Shown here: positions 9,678-19,526 of the stretch, in pieces
How positions within the stretch are numbered: the stretch's first letter is position 1
Layout of the letters: each line of letters starts with the position of its first letter
Source: Synechococcus sp. A15-28
GTDB lineage: Bacteria > Cyanobacteriota > Cyanobacteriia > PCC-6307 > Cyanobiaceae
Direction of reading: 5' to 3'
Length of the DNA: 32,000 bases
Assembly (NCBI RefSeq): GCF_014280175.1
Contig: NZ_CP047931.1
Span: forward strand, 2,309,587-2,341,586
Translations under genes and position numbers: made by a program
Notes under the pieces: model-generated
Seen by the model: the letters and a program-made list of their open reading frames with translations, nothing else
Database searches by the model: none
What the model was told of the DNA's origin: nothing

Positions 9678-10685
9678 ATGCGTCGTTCCAACAGCTTTCG
9701 TGCCCTGGCTGCCATCGCCGGCCTGAGCGCCACCATGACCCTTGCCTCCTGCTCCAGCGGTGGTGGCGGCGGAGATGACAAGGTCACCGGAAAACTCAAC
9801 GGCGCCGGCGCCTCCTTCCCGGCAGCCATCTACCAGCGCTGGTTCCAGGAACTTCAGCCTGAAGGCGTCACCGTGAACTATCAATCCGTCAGTTCCGGTG
9901 CTGGTGTTCGACAGTTCACGGCCAACACCGTGGATTTCGGTGCATCGGACAAACCGATGAAGGAAGCCGAAATCGCCAAGGTGGATCGGGGCGTGCTGCA
10001 GATCCCGATGACGGCTGGCGCGATCGCTGTGGCCTGCAACCTCTAAGGGTGTGACCTCAAGCTCTCCACCGAACAACTGGCTGGAATCTTCCTTGGCAAG
10101 ATCAAGAACTTCAGTGAACTTGGCTGCGCAGACCAGAAGCTCACCGTGGTGCGTCGTTCCGATGGTTCCGGCACCACTTACAACTTCACCAAGCACCTGT
10201 CCGCCATCAGCGATGAGTGGAAGAATGGCCCCGGCGCCGCCAAATCCATCAAGTGGCCCACGGGCGTTGGCTCGAAGGGCAATGAAGGTGTGGCTGCCCA
10301 GCTGAATCAGATCCCAGGTGGTGTGGGCTATGTGGAAGCCGCCTACGTCAAAGGCAAGCTCCAGGCTGCAGCCGTCACCAACGCCTCGGGCGAACTGGTG
10401 AAGCCCACCAACGAAACCGAAAGTGCTGCCCTCGACTCCATCGACATCGGTCCTGACCTCATCGGTGGCAACCCCAACCCCCCCGCGGGCTACCCGATCG
10501 TGACCTTCACCTGGGTGCTGGCCTACGAAACCGGCAACGGCGACAAAACGGCTGCACTGAAGAAGACCTTCGAGTTCATGCTCTCCGACAAAGCCCAATC
10601 CCAGGCGCCTGAACTGGGCTACGTCAGCCTCCCCAAAGGTGTTGTGGAGAAGTCCCTGGCTGCTGTCGAAAAGATCAGCGAATGA
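9678..10685 (+). pseudogene. pstS: phosphate ABC transporter substrate-binding lipoprotein PstS, interrupted by one in-frame TAA at 10044..10046
   Basis: Track ORFs 9678..10046 and 10146..10685 share a frame. Read-through gives a continuous 335-codon PstS with lipobox LASC, GAGASFP, and ...AVACNL*GCDLKLSTEQLAGIFLGKI...RRSDGSGTTYNF. The family call is solid. Pseudogene status depends on the stop being real. Confidence 0.75.
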
Positions 10686-10710
10686 TCGTCACCTGATCAG
10701 AACCAGAATA

Positions 10711-10740
10711 AAAAAAGGGGCCCCCATGGGCCCCCTTTTT
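10711..10740. terminator. bidirectional intrinsic terminator between convergent pstS and dnaK
   Basis: A GC stem pairs GGGGCCC (10717..10723) with GGGCCCC (10728..10734) around loop CCAT. An A-run lies upstream (10711..10716) and a T-run downstream (10736..10740), so each strand sees a hairpin followed by a U-tract. Confidence 0.8.
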
Positions 10741-10761
10741 CATGGCTGACGCGTCAAGCGA

Positions 10762-12672
10762 TCACTTGGTCTCGGTGAACTCGGCATCGATGACGTCATC
10801 GCTGGCGTCACCACCGCCGGGGGCAGCACCGGCTCCTGCGTCGCCACCGGGAGCGGCTCCACCCGCAGCACCCTCCTGCTGATAGACGGAAGCACCCACG
10901 GTGTAGAGCTCCTGCTGCAGTTCCTCCAGCAAGGTCTTCATCGCGTCGTAATCCTCCGCGTTGACGGCCTCCTGGAGCTTGGTGCGCTTCTCCTCGACCT
11001 TGGCCTTGGCATCGGCCTCGACCTTGTCACCCAGCTCGCCCATCTGCTTTTCAGCCTGATAAACGAGGGTCTCGGCCTGGTTCTTCAGGTCGATCTTTTC
11101 GCGCTTCTCCTTGTCGGCGCTGGCGTTGGCCTCGGCATCCTTCACCATCTTGTCCACCTCGGAATCCGACAGGGTGGAGGCACCCGTGATCGAGATCGAC
11201 TGCTCCTTGCCGCTGCCCTTGTCCTTGGCGGTGACGCTGAGGATGCCGTTGGCATCAATATCGAAGGTCACCTCGATCTGGGGCACACCACGGGGGGCCG
11301 GAGGGATGCCATCGAGACGGAAGGTTCCGAGCGACTTGTTGTCGGAGGCCATTTCGCGCTCACCCTGGAGCACGTGGATCTCCACGTTGGTCTGACCATC
11401 CACAGCCGTCGAGTAGGTCTCGGTCTTCTTGGTGGGGACCGTGGTGTTGCGGGTGATCATCTTGGTCATCACGCCACCCAGGGTTTCCACACCCAGGGAG
11501 AGAGGCGTGACGTCCAGCAGCAGGATGTCCTTGACCTCACCGGCCAGCACACCGCCCTGAATGGCGGCGCCGACGGCCACCACCTCGTCAGGATTGACGG
11601 TCTGGTTGGGGTCCTTGCTGGTGGTGCGCTTCACCAGCTCCAGCACGGCCGGAATGCGGGTGGAACCACCCACCATCACGATCTCGTCCAGCTCACTGGA
11701 GGAGAGCTTGGCGTCCTTGAGCGCCTGCTCCACAGGGATGCGGCAGCGGTCGATCAGGTTGGCGGCCAGCTCTTCGAACTTGGCCCGGGTGAGGGTGAGA
11801 TCCAGGTGCTTGGGACCCTCAGGCGTGGCCGTGATGAACGGCAGGTTGATCTCGCTCTGGGTGGCGCTGGACAGCTCGATCTTGGCCTTCTCAGCCGCCT
11901 CGGTCAGGCGCTGCAGAGCCTGCTTGTCCTGACGCAGATCGATGCCTTCGTTGGACTTGAAGGTCTCAGCCAGATGATCAACGATCACCTTGTCAAAGTC
12001 GTCGCCACCCAGGTGGGTGTCGCCGGAGGTGGAGAGCACCTCGAAAACACCGTCACCAACCTCGAGCACGGACACGTCGAAGGTGCCGCCGCCCAGGTCG
12101 AAAACAAGGATGCGCTCGTTGCTCTTCTTGTCGAGGCCATAGGCCAGAGCCGCTGCGGTGGGCTCGTTGATGATCCTCAGCACCTCGAGGCCGGCGATCT
12201 TTCCGGCGTCCTTGGTGGCCTGACGCTGGGAATCGTTGAAGTAGGCGGGGACGGTGATCACCGCCTGGGTGACGTTCTCACCGAGGTACTTACCGGCATC
12301 TTCAGCCAGCTTGCGCAAGACCTGGGCAGACACCTCCTCAGGGGCGAACTGCTTGTCGAGAACAGGGCACTTCACCTTGACGTTGGCGCCGGCCTTCTCG
12401 ACGCCGTAGCTCACTTCCTTGGATTCCTCATTCACTTCATCAACACGACGGCCGATGAAGCGCTTGACGGAATAAAACGTGTTGTCCGGGTTCATGACCG
12501 CCTGACGCTTGGCGATCTGACCGACCAGCTGGTCCTGGTTCTTGGTGTATGCCACGACGGAGGGCGTGGTTCGGAAACCCTCGGCGTTCGCGATGACGGT
12601 GGGTTTGCCACCCTCCATCACGGACACGCAACTGTTCGTGGTGCCAAGGTCAATGCCGACAACCTTGCCCAT
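10762..12672 (-). CDS. dnaK: molecular chaperone DnaK (Hsp70)
   Basis: 636 aa. Hsp70 signatures are present: [29 protein letters not shown]. The C-terminal tail is Gly/Ala-rich. AGGAGG lies 9 nt upstream of the ATG. Confidence 0.97.
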   Translation of the reverse strand: MGKVVGIDLGTTNSCVSVMEGGKPTVIANAEGFRTTPSVVAYTKNQDQLVGQIAKRQAVMNPDNTFYSVKRFIGRRVDEVNEESKEVSYGVEKAGANVKVKCPVLDKQFAPEEVSAQVLRKLAEDAGKYLGENVTQAVITVPAYFNDSQRQATKDAGKIAGLEVLRIINEPTAAALAYGLDKKSNERILVFDLGGGTFDVSVLEVGDGVFEVLSTSGDTHLGGDDFDKVIVDHLAETFKSNEGIDLRQDKQALQRLTEAAEKAKIELSSATQSEINLPFITATPEGPKHLDLTLTRAKFEELAANLIDRCRIPVEQALKDAKLSSSELDEIVMVGGSTRIPAVLELVKRTTSKDPNQTVNPDEVVAVGAAIQGGVLAGEVKDILLLDVTPLSLGVETLGGVMTKMITRNTTVPTKKTETYSTAVDGQTNVEIHVLQGEREMASDNKSLGTFRLDGIPPAPRGVPQIEVTFDIDANGILSVTAKDKGSGKEQSISITGASTLSDSEVDKMVKDAEANASADKEKREKIDLKNQAETLVYQAEKQMGELGDKVEADAKAKVEEKRTKLQEAVNAEDYDAMKTLLEELQQELYTVGASVYQQEGAAGGAAPGGDAGAGAAPGGGDASDDVIDAEFTETK

Positions 12673-12787
12673 CGGTGGCCACCTCCTGAAGGGATGAACG
12701 AAACCCCGTTATCTTCATCAGGAGACCCTGCCCCAGGCGAGGTGTGGTTCCCGAACAGGCAGGCTGGGCGGGCATTCCGACGAGGCC

Positions 12788-13657
12788 ATGAACAACGGCA
12801 GCACTGGCCTGGTGGGGCTGCTCGGCAACCCGGTGCAGCACTCGCTCTCCCCTGCGATGCAGAACGCAGCACTGCAAGAGCTGGGGCTCAACTGGCGGTA
12901 CCTGGCTCTGCCCTGTGAGGGGGAGACCCTGCCTGAAGTGCTGCAGGGGCTCAGGGCGGTGGGCTGCCGCGGACTCAATGTGACGATCCCCCACAAGCAG
13001 GCTGTGACCAGCCTCTGCAGCGAGCTCAGCGAGCCTGCCCGTCGGCTTCAGGCGGTGAACACACTCATCCCCGACGACAAGGATGGCTGGCGGGGCACAA
13101 ACACCGATGTGGAAGGGTTTCTGGCGCCCCTCGGCGGCCGCGAACACTGGCAAAACCAGCAGGCCGTGGTGCTCGGTTGCGGCGGCTCCGCCCGGGCCGT
13201 GGTGGCTGGCTTGCAGTCCCTTGGACTGTCGTCGATCCAAGTGATCGGACGACGCACGGAAGCGTTGCTGACCTTCATCGCTGACCTGCAGCTGGAGAGC
13301 GCCCCGCTGAGCAGCTGCCTTGAAACGGACCCCGCCGTGGGTGAGCTGCTGGCCACAGCAGATCTGGTGGTGAACACCACGCCGGTGGGCATGGCCCTGC
13401 ATGGTGACGCCACCGCCATGCCCCTCAGTTCTGATCTCTGGGACAGGCTTGCGGATCAGGCCACCCTCTACGACCTCATCTACACCCCGCGTCCCACCGC
13501 ATGGCTGCATTGGGGCCAGGGGCGAGGGCACCGTTGCATCGACGGGCTGGAGATGCTGGTGCAACAGGGTGCCGCATCCCTGAGGCTTTGGAGCGGCGTC
13601 AATGACGTTCCCATGGACACCATGCGACAGGCGGCTGAAGCCGCTTTAAGCCATTAG
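12788..13657 (+). CDS. aroE: shikimate dehydrogenase
   Basis: 289 aa. It has the GNPVQHSLSP substrate motif and the GCGGSARAV NADP-binding loop. Confidence 0.9.
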   Translation: MNNGSTGLVGLLGNPVQHSLSPAMQNAALQELGLNWRYLALPCEGETLPEVLQGLRAVGCRGLNVTIPHKQAVTSLCSELSEPARRLQAVNTLIPDDKDGWRGTNTDVEGFLAPLGGREHWQNQQAVVLGCGGSARAVVAGLQSLGLSSIQVIGRRTEALLTFIADLQLESAPLSSCLETDPAVGELLATADLVVNTTPVGMALHGDATAMPLSSDLWDRLADQATLYDLIYTPRPTAWLHWGQGRGHRCIDGLEMLVQQGAASLRLWSGVNDVPMDTMRQAAEAALSH

Positions 13658-13683
13658 CGTCAGCGGATTGATCAGGGCTGACG

Positions 13684-14166
13684 ATGGAACCCCCCCTCTG
13701 GCAGCGACTGGTCGCGCCGTTGATGTATCTGCTGCCGTGGAGTGATGCCATACCCCTTGGATTCGCCCCTGACGGATTGTTTCTTCAGTACCCACTGCTG
13801 AGACCGTTTGTGTTGCCGGCCTTGCCCCTGATGCAACTGGAACGCAGCATTCCCTTCGGTCTGGGGGGCCTGCTGCTGTTCTTCGTGCTCTTCCTTGCTG
13901 TGGTGCGCAATCCGAACGTCCCTTACTTCCTGCGCTTCAACGCTCTGCAGGCTCTGCTCACCGACATTGCATTGATTGTGCTGAGCATCGGCTTCCGCCT
14001 GTTGCTGCAGCCGATCGCCGCCGGAAGTCTGCTGCTGAGCACGCTCTCCAGCGCCGTGGTCGTCGCCGTGCTTGCCATCCTGGTCTTCTCACTTGTGGAG
14101 TGCCTGCGGGGCCGCGAACCCGATCTGCCGGGCATCAGCCAGGCGGTCCGCATGCAGCTCTACTGA
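13684..14166 (+). CDS. Tic20-family (Ycf60-like) membrane protein
   Basis: 160 aa with 4 hydrophobic segments. The [12 protein letters not shown] and [14 protein letters not shown] blocks resemble cyanobacterial Tic20 homologues, from memory. Confidence 0.6.
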   Translation: MEPPLWQRLVAPLMYLLPWSDAIPLGFAPDGLFLQYPLLRPFVLPALPLMQLERSIPFGLGGLLLFFVLFLAVVRNPNVPYFLRFNALQALLTDIALIVLSIGFRLLLQPIAAGSLLLSTLSSAVVVAVLAILVFSLVECLRGREPDLPGISQAVRMQLY

Positions 14167-14243
14167 GGCAGGGAGGTCCGGGGGATAAGGTGTTGGATCC
14201 GTCGCTCACCAAGGTGAGCCTGAAGTCCCCGTCGGCACAGCCC

Positions 14244-14627
14244 ATGACGCTCGATCCGTACTACGAGACCATGTACATCCTTCGTCCGGACATTCCGGAG
14301 GAGGAAGTTGAGAGCCACCTCACCAAATACCGAGACATGCTGGTGGAAGCCGGCGCTGAAGTGCTGGACAACCAGATGCGCGGTAAGCGTCGCCTGGCCT
14401 ACCCCATCGATAAGCACAAGGAAGGCATCTACGTGCAGCTGAGCCACAACGGCGATGGCCAGCAGGTGGCCGTGCTGGAAAAGGCCATGCGCCTCAGTGA
14501 GGACGTGATCCGCTACCTCACGGTGAAGCAGGAGGGTCCTCTGCCCGCACCACGGGTGGTTCCCGGCAGCGAGCCGGCTCCCGCTCCTCAGGAACAGGCC
14601 GCAGCCAGCTCAGAAGCCGCATCCTGA
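14244..14627 (+). CDS. rpsF: 30S ribosomal protein S6
   Basis: The internal ATG at 14244 of track ORF 14100..14627 gives [22 protein letters not shown]...GKRRLAYPI, the typical S6 N-terminus. The upstream part of the ORF overlaps the preceding gene and is not S6-like. Confidence 0.9.
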   Translation: MTLDPYYETMYILRPDIPEEEVESHLTKYRDMLVEAGAEVLDNQMRGKRRLAYPIDKHKEGIYVQLSHNGDGQQVAVLEKAMRLSEDVIRYLTVKQEGPLPAPRVVPGSEPAPAPQEQAAASSEAAS

Positions 14628-14667
14628 CACGGTTGTCGTCGTCATGGACCGGCGATAGCGTCGGTTC

Positions 14668-15036
14668 ATGACCCATGACGCCCAGCAGCATCAGGCTCCG
14701 CAACCGCGCTGGATGCCACAGGCGCCACGGTCAACAGATCATCAGATGCTGCAACGACGCATTGATGCGCTGGAAGAGCAGATCAAGGCCTACGAGCAGC
14801 TTCTTGATGATCTGCCTGAGTTGTTCGAACGCAAGTTCCAGCAGCGTCTGGAGCCTTTGATGGAGCGCTACCAACTGCTGGCCGAACAGTTGGAACCACA
14901 GAAACACGACCCTGACCAGCGGGCTCTGCCTCCTTCAGAGGTGCAGAGCGCGGTGCGTCGTCCGAACAATCTGATCAGGTTCCCTCTGTTCCGTCTGCCG
15001 AGACTTCGTGGTTTCGGACGACGGCGATCAGCCTGA
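14668..15036 (+). CDS. hypothetical protein, predicted coiled coil with a basic C-terminus
   Basis: 122 aa. A heptad-like central region is present ([48 protein letters not shown]). No family recognised. Its 3' end overlaps the argG 3' end by 9 nt. Confidence 0.45.
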   Translation: MTHDAQQHQAPQPRWMPQAPRSTDHQMLQRRIDALEEQIKAYEQLLDDLPELFERKFQQRLEPLMERYQLLAEQLEPQKHDPDQRALPPSEVQSAVRRPNNLIRFPLFRLPRLRGFGRRRSA

Positions 15037-16242
15037 TGTCCGTTGCGATGCAGCCCAGAGACGGGTGGGCAATCCCCAGACGTAGATGAAGCCTTCGGCG
15101 GCGCGGTGGTCAAACTTGTCTTCGCTGCCATAGGACGCCATCTCAGGCACATACAGGCTGCTCTGGGTTGAGCCGCGACCGATGACCGTGGCGCTGCCCT
15201 TGTGCAGACGCAGGCGCACGACGCCATTGACGTGCTGCTGCGTGCAGTCCATGAAACCGTCCAGAGCATCCTTCAGCGGCCCGAACCACAGGCCCTGATA
15301 CACCAGATCAGCCCACTGCATCTCCAGCTGACGTTTGCTGCGCAGCACATCCGCGGCCAACGTCAAACTCTCCAGTTCCTGATGGGCCTGGATCAACAGC
15401 AGCAAGCCTGGCGTTTCGTAGATCTCGCGGGATTTGATCCCCACCACCCGGTTCTCGATCATGTCGAGCCGACCGATGCCATGGCTGCCGGCCAGACGGT
15501 TGGCTTCCCTGATCATCGCCACCGGATCCAGGCTCTGGCCATTGATGGCGACGGGGTTACCGGCTTCAAAAGCGATCTCAATCTCCTCAGCCGCATCCGG
15601 CGTCTCCGACACCGGTGACGTCATGGCGAACACCTCCTCCGGAGGCGCCACCATCGGATCCTCAAGCGGGCCAGCCTCGATGCTGCGACCCAGAAGGTTG
15701 AGGTCGATCGAATAGGGCGATTTCTTGCTGACCGGTGCCGGAATTCCGCAGCGCTCGCCGTAGGCAATGGTCTCTTCGCGACTCATCCCCCACTCCCTGG
15801 CAGGTGTCAGCACCTTCAGATCGGGAGCGAGCGCGGCAATCGCCACATCGAAGCGCACCTGATCATTTCCTTTGCCGGTGCAGCCATGGGCCACAGCGTC
15901 TGCACCCACCTCACGGGCCACCTCCACCAGTCGACGGGCGATCAACGGCCGGGCCAGTGCCGTGGAGAGGGGATAGCGACCCTCGTACAGCGCATTGGCG
16001 CGGATGGCAGGGAAGGCGAACTCCTCGATGAAGGGCTGAATCAGATCTCCCACCAAGGACTGACTCGCACCGGCATCCAGGGCCTTTTGACGAATCGGTT
16101 CCAGCTCATCGCCCTGGCCAAGATCAGCAGCGAAGGTGATGACGTCCTCCACACCCCACTCCTGCTTCAGGTAGGGAATGCAGACGCTGGTATCCACCCC
16201 GCCGGAGTAGGCGAGAACCACCTTGTTGGCGCGGCCCATCAA
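15028..16242 (-). CDS. argG: argininosuccinate synthase
   Basis: 404 aa with the [12 protein letters not shown]-pyrophosphatase motif and ArgG-like sequence throughout. Confidence 0.95.
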   Translation of the reverse strand: MMGRANKVVLAYSGGVDTSVCIPYLKQEWGVEDVITFAADLGQGDELEPIRQKALDAGASQSLVGDLIQPFIEEFAFPAIRANALYEGRYPLSTALARPLIARRLVEVAREVGADAVAHGCTGKGNDQVRFDVAIAALAPDLKVLTPAREWGMSREETIAYGERCGIPAPVSKKSPYSIDLNLLGRSIEAGPLEDPMVAPPEEVFAMTSPVSETPDAAEEIEIAFEAGNPVAINGQSLDPVAMIREANRLAGSHGIGRLDMIENRVVGIKSREIYETPGLLLLIQAHQELESLTLAADVLRSKRQLEMQWADLVYQGLWFGPLKDALDGFMDCTQQHVNGVVRLRLHKGSATVIGRGSTQSSLYVPEMASYGSEDKFDHRAAEGFIYVWGLPTRLWAASQRTSG

Positions 16243-16490
16243 TGGGTCTCCTGATCAGAATCGGTTGATTCTCCCCCTTCACCGTCCCCAGGCCCTGCTG
16301 CAGACCACAGCACCCAGCCCGCCATCAACAATGCCGGCAGCAGCACGATGGCCAGAACAACAGCCCAGGGCGCCTGAAGGGCAGCGGGATGCTGATCACC
16401 CCACCAGCGCAGGCCAAGGCTGATCAGCAACGCCGAACCCCAGCTGATCAGCAGCACCACAACGTCCCGCATGGTTGTGTTCAAGGGCAT
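16239..16490 (-). CDS. hypothetical small membrane protein (2 TM, acidic C-terminal tail)
   Basis: 83 aa with two hydrophobic helices. Its stop overlaps the argG ATG as ATGA (16239..16242), consistent with co-translation. No family recognised. Confidence 0.4.
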   Translation of the reverse strand: MPLNTTMRDVVVLLISWGSALLISLGLRWWGDQHPAALQAPWAVVLAIVLLPALLMAGWVLWSAAGPGDGEGGESTDSDQETH

Positions 16491-16525
16491 GAACTATGTT
16501 GGTGGATTGGACTGTCCCCTCAACG

Positions 16526-16777
16526 ATGAGCGTTCTCGACAGCATCAACCCCTCCCTGACGCGCTATGGACGCAGGGATCCGGCACCGGTGCTGCCCCTG
16601 CGCGAGGAACCTGATCTGCTCACCTGGCTGGAAGCCAGTGGCCGTCTGGTGGCTGACGAGGAATCCGGTTCTCCTGAAGTGAGCACGGTTGAAGAGGAAG
16701 AACTGTCAGCGCTGATGGGTGAGAAAGAGGATTACAACAACGCTGATGAGCAGAACGAAGAGCAGTGGGAGGACTGA
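16526..16777 (+). CDS. DUF3134-like small acidic protein (cyanobacteria-specific)
   Basis: The internal ATG of track ORF 16496..16777 gives MSVLDSINPSLTRYGRRDPAPVLPLREEPDLLTWLEASGRLVADEE followed by an acidic tail. The NPSL..EP..VLPL..E..LL.WLE..GRL pattern matches my memory of DUF3134. Confidence 0.5.
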   Translation: MSVLDSINPSLTRYGRRDPAPVLPLREEPDLLTWLEASGRLVADEESGSPEVSTVEEEELSALMGEKEDYNNADEQNEEQWED

Positions 16778-16845
16778 CGTCCAATCCTTCCCTGGTCGCA
16801 TTCGAACAGCTCCTCTAGGGTCCCAGCGCACAGGCCACTTCCGTC

Positions 16846-17952
16846 GTGACTGACGTCAGCAACCGTCCTCGCCCCTGGTGGGAGAACGGCACCGTCAGTG
16901 CATCACTGCTGACGCTGGTGGTCCTGGCCAGCAGTTTGACCTCCGACAAATGGCTGCCCAACAGTCAGCTGACGCTGCCTCTGTTGATCTCCACATCAGT
17001 GGCCGCTTTTGTTGCGGCGCTGGGTATTCCGCAACTCAAGGCCCTGAGGATGGGTCAGGTAATCCGGGACGAAGGCCCCCAGGCCCATAAATCCAAAGCA
17101 GGGACCCCCACCATGGGCGGTCTGCTGGTGGTTCCAGTCGGCACGATCGTTGGAGGGCTGATCAGCCTGAAGGGCCCATCGGCCCAGCAACTGATCGCTG
17201 TCTCCGCCATCACCCTCGCTTACATGGTGATCGGTGGTTTCGATGATTGGCGCAGCCTCACACGCCAGACCAACACCGGCCTCACACCCCGCGGCAAGTT
17301 GCTGCTTCAGAGCCTCGTGGCAGTTCTCTTTCTCGCAGTGGCGGCATGGCAGGGCTGGATCAGCAGCACTGTGTCCCTGCCCTTCGGATGGAGTTTGCCG
17401 CTTGGGTTGCTGATCTGGCCTTTGGGACTGTTTGTGTTCCTGGCCGAAAGCAACGCCACGAACCTCACCGATGGGCTGGATGGACTGGCCAGCGGCTGCG
17501 GGGCACTGGTGTTCCTGGGAATGGCCATTCAACTGATGTTGAGGGGCCACAACGGTGATCCAGCACTGGCGGGTTTCTGCATGGCCATGGCTGGCGCCTG
17601 GCTTGGCTTCCTGATGCACAACCGCCATCCCGCCCGAGCCTTCATGGGAGACACGGGCTCCCTGGCCATGGGAGCCGCCCTGAGTGGCGTGGCTCTGCTG
17701 TCGGACAGCCTCTGGCCTCTGCTGGTGATGGGTGGGGTGTTTCTGGCGGAGTCCCTCTCCGTGATCATCCAGGTGTGGGTGTTCAAAGCCACGAAAGGTC
17801 AGGACGGTCAAGGCCGACGCGTGTTCCGGATGGCCCCCCTGCACCATCATTTCGAGCTGGGGGGCACCAGCGAACGCACAGTGGTGCCATGCTTCTGGCT
17901 CGTCACAGCTGGCTTTGTGCTGCTGGGGATTGCGCTACGCCCGACCATCTGA
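16846..17952 (+). CDS. mraY: phospho-N-acetylmuramoyl-pentapeptide transferase
   Basis: 368 aa, GTG start, polytopic. MraY motifs are present: [28 protein letters not shown]. Confidence 0.93.
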   Translation: MTDVSNRPRPWWENGTVSASLLTLVVLASSLTSDKWLPNSQLTLPLLISTSVAAFVAALGIPQLKALRMGQVIRDEGPQAHKSKAGTPTMGGLLVVPVGTIVGGLISLKGPSAQQLIAVSAITLAYMVIGGFDDWRSLTRQTNTGLTPRGKLLLQSLVAVLFLAVAAWQGWISSTVSLPFGWSLPLGLLIWPLGLFVFLAESNATNLTDGLDGLASGCGALVFLGMAIQLMLRGHNGDPALAGFCMAMAGAWLGFLMHNRHPARAFMGDTGSLAMGAALSGVALLSDSLWPLLVMGGVFLAESLSVIIQVWVFKATKGQDGQGRRVFRMAPLHHHFELGGTSERTVVPCFWLVTAGFVLLGIALRPTI

Positions 17953-17956
17953 ACCC

Positions 17957-18205
17957 ATGACCTATTTCACCTGGCGGGAATCGGGACTCACCACGGACTG
18001 CGCCAGCCTTGAAGCCATGGCGTCGCGGTTTGAGGAGTCCGCCAGCCTGATGCGTCGCATGGCTGAGGAAGGATTCCGGCTCGAGCGCCATGGCAACCAT
18101 CAACGCATCACCCATCCCGATCCATCGGTGTTCGAGGCCTGGGGGTTCGTCAGTGAGGAATCCCCTGTTCGACAGCTCACACTGATCCCGGATCTGGACA
18201 CCTGA
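17957..18205 (+). CDS. hypothetical protein (82 aa)
   Basis: The internal ATG at 17957 of track ORF 17915..18205 lies 5 nt after the mraY stop and gives MTYFTWRESGLTTDCASLEAMASRFEES. No family recognised. Confidence 0.45.
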   Translation: MTYFTWRESGLTTDCASLEAMASRFEESASLMRRMAEEGFRLERHGNHQRITHPDPSVFEAWGFVSEESPVRQLTLIPDLDT

Positions 18206-18363
18206 TGGACGACCTGCTCACCAAAACAGCAGACCTGCTGTCCGCTGCTGCCGCGGATCCGGACCGCGTGCTGCGCTGGGTCCTGATTTATTTCGGCATC
18301 TCATCTCTGGGTTTCATCGCCGTCTGGTTGATTGGTGAGATCCGCCGTCAAAGCCGCCAATGA
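18205..18363 (+). CDS. candidate 52-aa single-pass membrane protein (below the ORF-track length cutoff)
   Basis: My own translation is MDDLLTKTADLLSAAAADPDRVLRWVLIYFGISSLGFIAVWLIGEIRRQSRQ*. The ATG shares one base with the upstream TGA (TGATG at 18203..18207). The stop overlaps the purT ATG (ATGA at 18360..18363). It exactly fills an otherwise unexplained 154-nt gap. Confidence 0.35.
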   Translation: MDDLLTKTADLLSAAAADPDRVLRWVLIYFGISSLGFIAVWLIGEIRRQSRQ

Positions 18364-19526
18364 CCCAATTTCCCAAGACGGTGATGCTGCTGGGCAGCGG
18401 TGAACTGGGAAAGGAGGTGGCCATCGCCGCCCAGCGCCTCGGATGCCATGTGATCGCCTGCGATCGCTATGCCAACGCACCAGCCATGCAGGTGGCCGAT
18501 GAGGCGGAAGTTCTGGCGATGACGGACGCCGATACGTTGCTGGCAACGGTGCGTCGCCACCGCCCTGATGTGGTGATCCCCGAGATCGAAGCGCTGGCGG
18601 TTTCTGCGCTGGCGGAACTGGAACAGGACGGAATCACGGTGATTCCCACCGCCAGGGCCACGGCGGTCACCATGAACCGTGATCGGATCCGCGACCTTGC
18701 CGCCGGCGAACTGGCACTGCGGACTGCGCGCTTCGCTTACGCCGCCAGTGCTGAGGACTTGAAAGCCGAAGCTCCTGCCCTCGGATGGCCGGTGGTGGTG
18801 AAGCCGGTGATGAGCTCGTCCGGAAAAGGCCAGAGTGTTGTGGATGGACCGGATGGTCTGGATCAAGCCTGGGAAGCAGCAATGGCCGGTGCCAGGGGAA
18901 CCTCCCCCCGGGTGATCGTGGAGGAATATCTCCGCTTTGACCTTGAAATCACCCTGCTGACCATCCGACAGCACAACGGGGAGACCCTGTTCTGCTCACC
19001 CATCGGCCATGAACAGGAACACGGTGATTACCAGTGCAGCTGGCAGCCGGCAGAGCTGACAGCCGAACAGTTGCAGCAGGCCCAGGCCATGGCTCGGACC
19101 GTGACCCAGAACCTGGGAGGGACCGGCCTGTTCGGTGTGGAATTCTTCCTCTGCGGTGGTGAGGTGATCTTTTCAGAACTCTCCCCAAGACCCCACGACA
19201 CAGGTCTGGTGACCTTGATCAGCCAGAACCTGAGTGAATTCGAACTGCACCTTCGTGCCGTGCTGGGGTTGCCGATCCCATCCATCACGAGGGCCGATGC
19301 GGCGGCAAGCCGCGTCGTCCTGGCCAAGGAGACGATGGACGCGGTCAGCTATTCAGGGATCGATGCTGCTCTGACGGAACCCGACACCCAACTGCTGCTG
19401 TTCGGTAAGCCAACGGCTCGCCCTGGCCGACGCATGGGAGTGGCTCTGGCCAAAGGAGAACATCTGGCGGAAGCCCGTGCCAAGGCGGATCGGGCTGCAG
19501 CCTGCGTTCAGGTGAATCAGCGCTGA
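18360..19526 (+). CDS. purT: formate-dependent phosphoribosylglycinamide formyltransferase (GAR transformylase 2)
   Basis: 388 aa with an ATP-grasp fold, the N-terminus VMLLGSGELGKEVAIAAQRLG and PurT-like sequence throughout. Confidence 0.92.
   Translation: MTQFPKTVMLLGSGELGKEVAIAAQRLGCHVIACDRYANAPAMQVADEAEVLAMTDADTLLATVRRHRPDVVIPEIEALAVSALAELEQDGITVIPTARATAVTMNRDRIRDLAAGELALRTARFAYAASAEDLKAEAPALGWPVVVKPVMSSSGKGQSVVDGPDGLDQAWEAAMAGARGTSPRVIVEEYLRFDLEITLLTIRQHNGETLFCSPIGHEQEHGDYQCSWQPAELTAEQLQQAQAMARTVTQNLGGTGLFGVEFFLCGGEVIFSELSPRPHDTGLVTLISQNLSEFELHLRAVLGLPIPSITRADAAASRVVLAKETMDAVSYSGIDAALTEPDTQLLLFGKPTARPGRRMGVALAKGEHLAEARAKADRAAACVQVNQR

Noticed and set aside
10020-10027. HIP1 octamer GCGATCGC near the pstS stop; another copy at 18460..18467
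   Set aside because: I saw only two copies by eye in 32 kb, so there is no HIP1-type enrichment. Proximity to the TAA is probably coincidental.
11374-12918. 514-aa ORF antisense to dnaK
   Set aside because: Long open antisense frames opposite hsp70 genes are a known compositional artefact. The translation here is repetitive (G/L/V/D/H-rich) and runs out into the intergenic region without a plausible start context.
13658-13683. 7-bp hairpin CGTCAGC...GCTGACG between the aroE stop and the Tic20-like start, and a 6-bp hairpin AAGGGG...CCCCTT at 28100..28120 before the ABC1 start
   Set aside because: Both stems are short with large loops and no U-tract. This is too weak to call a terminator or regulatory element without conservation data.
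14100-14243. 5' extension of the rpsF ORF
   Set aside because: It overlaps the 3' end of the Tic20-like gene and is not S6-like. The conserved S6 N-terminus starts at the ATG at 14244.
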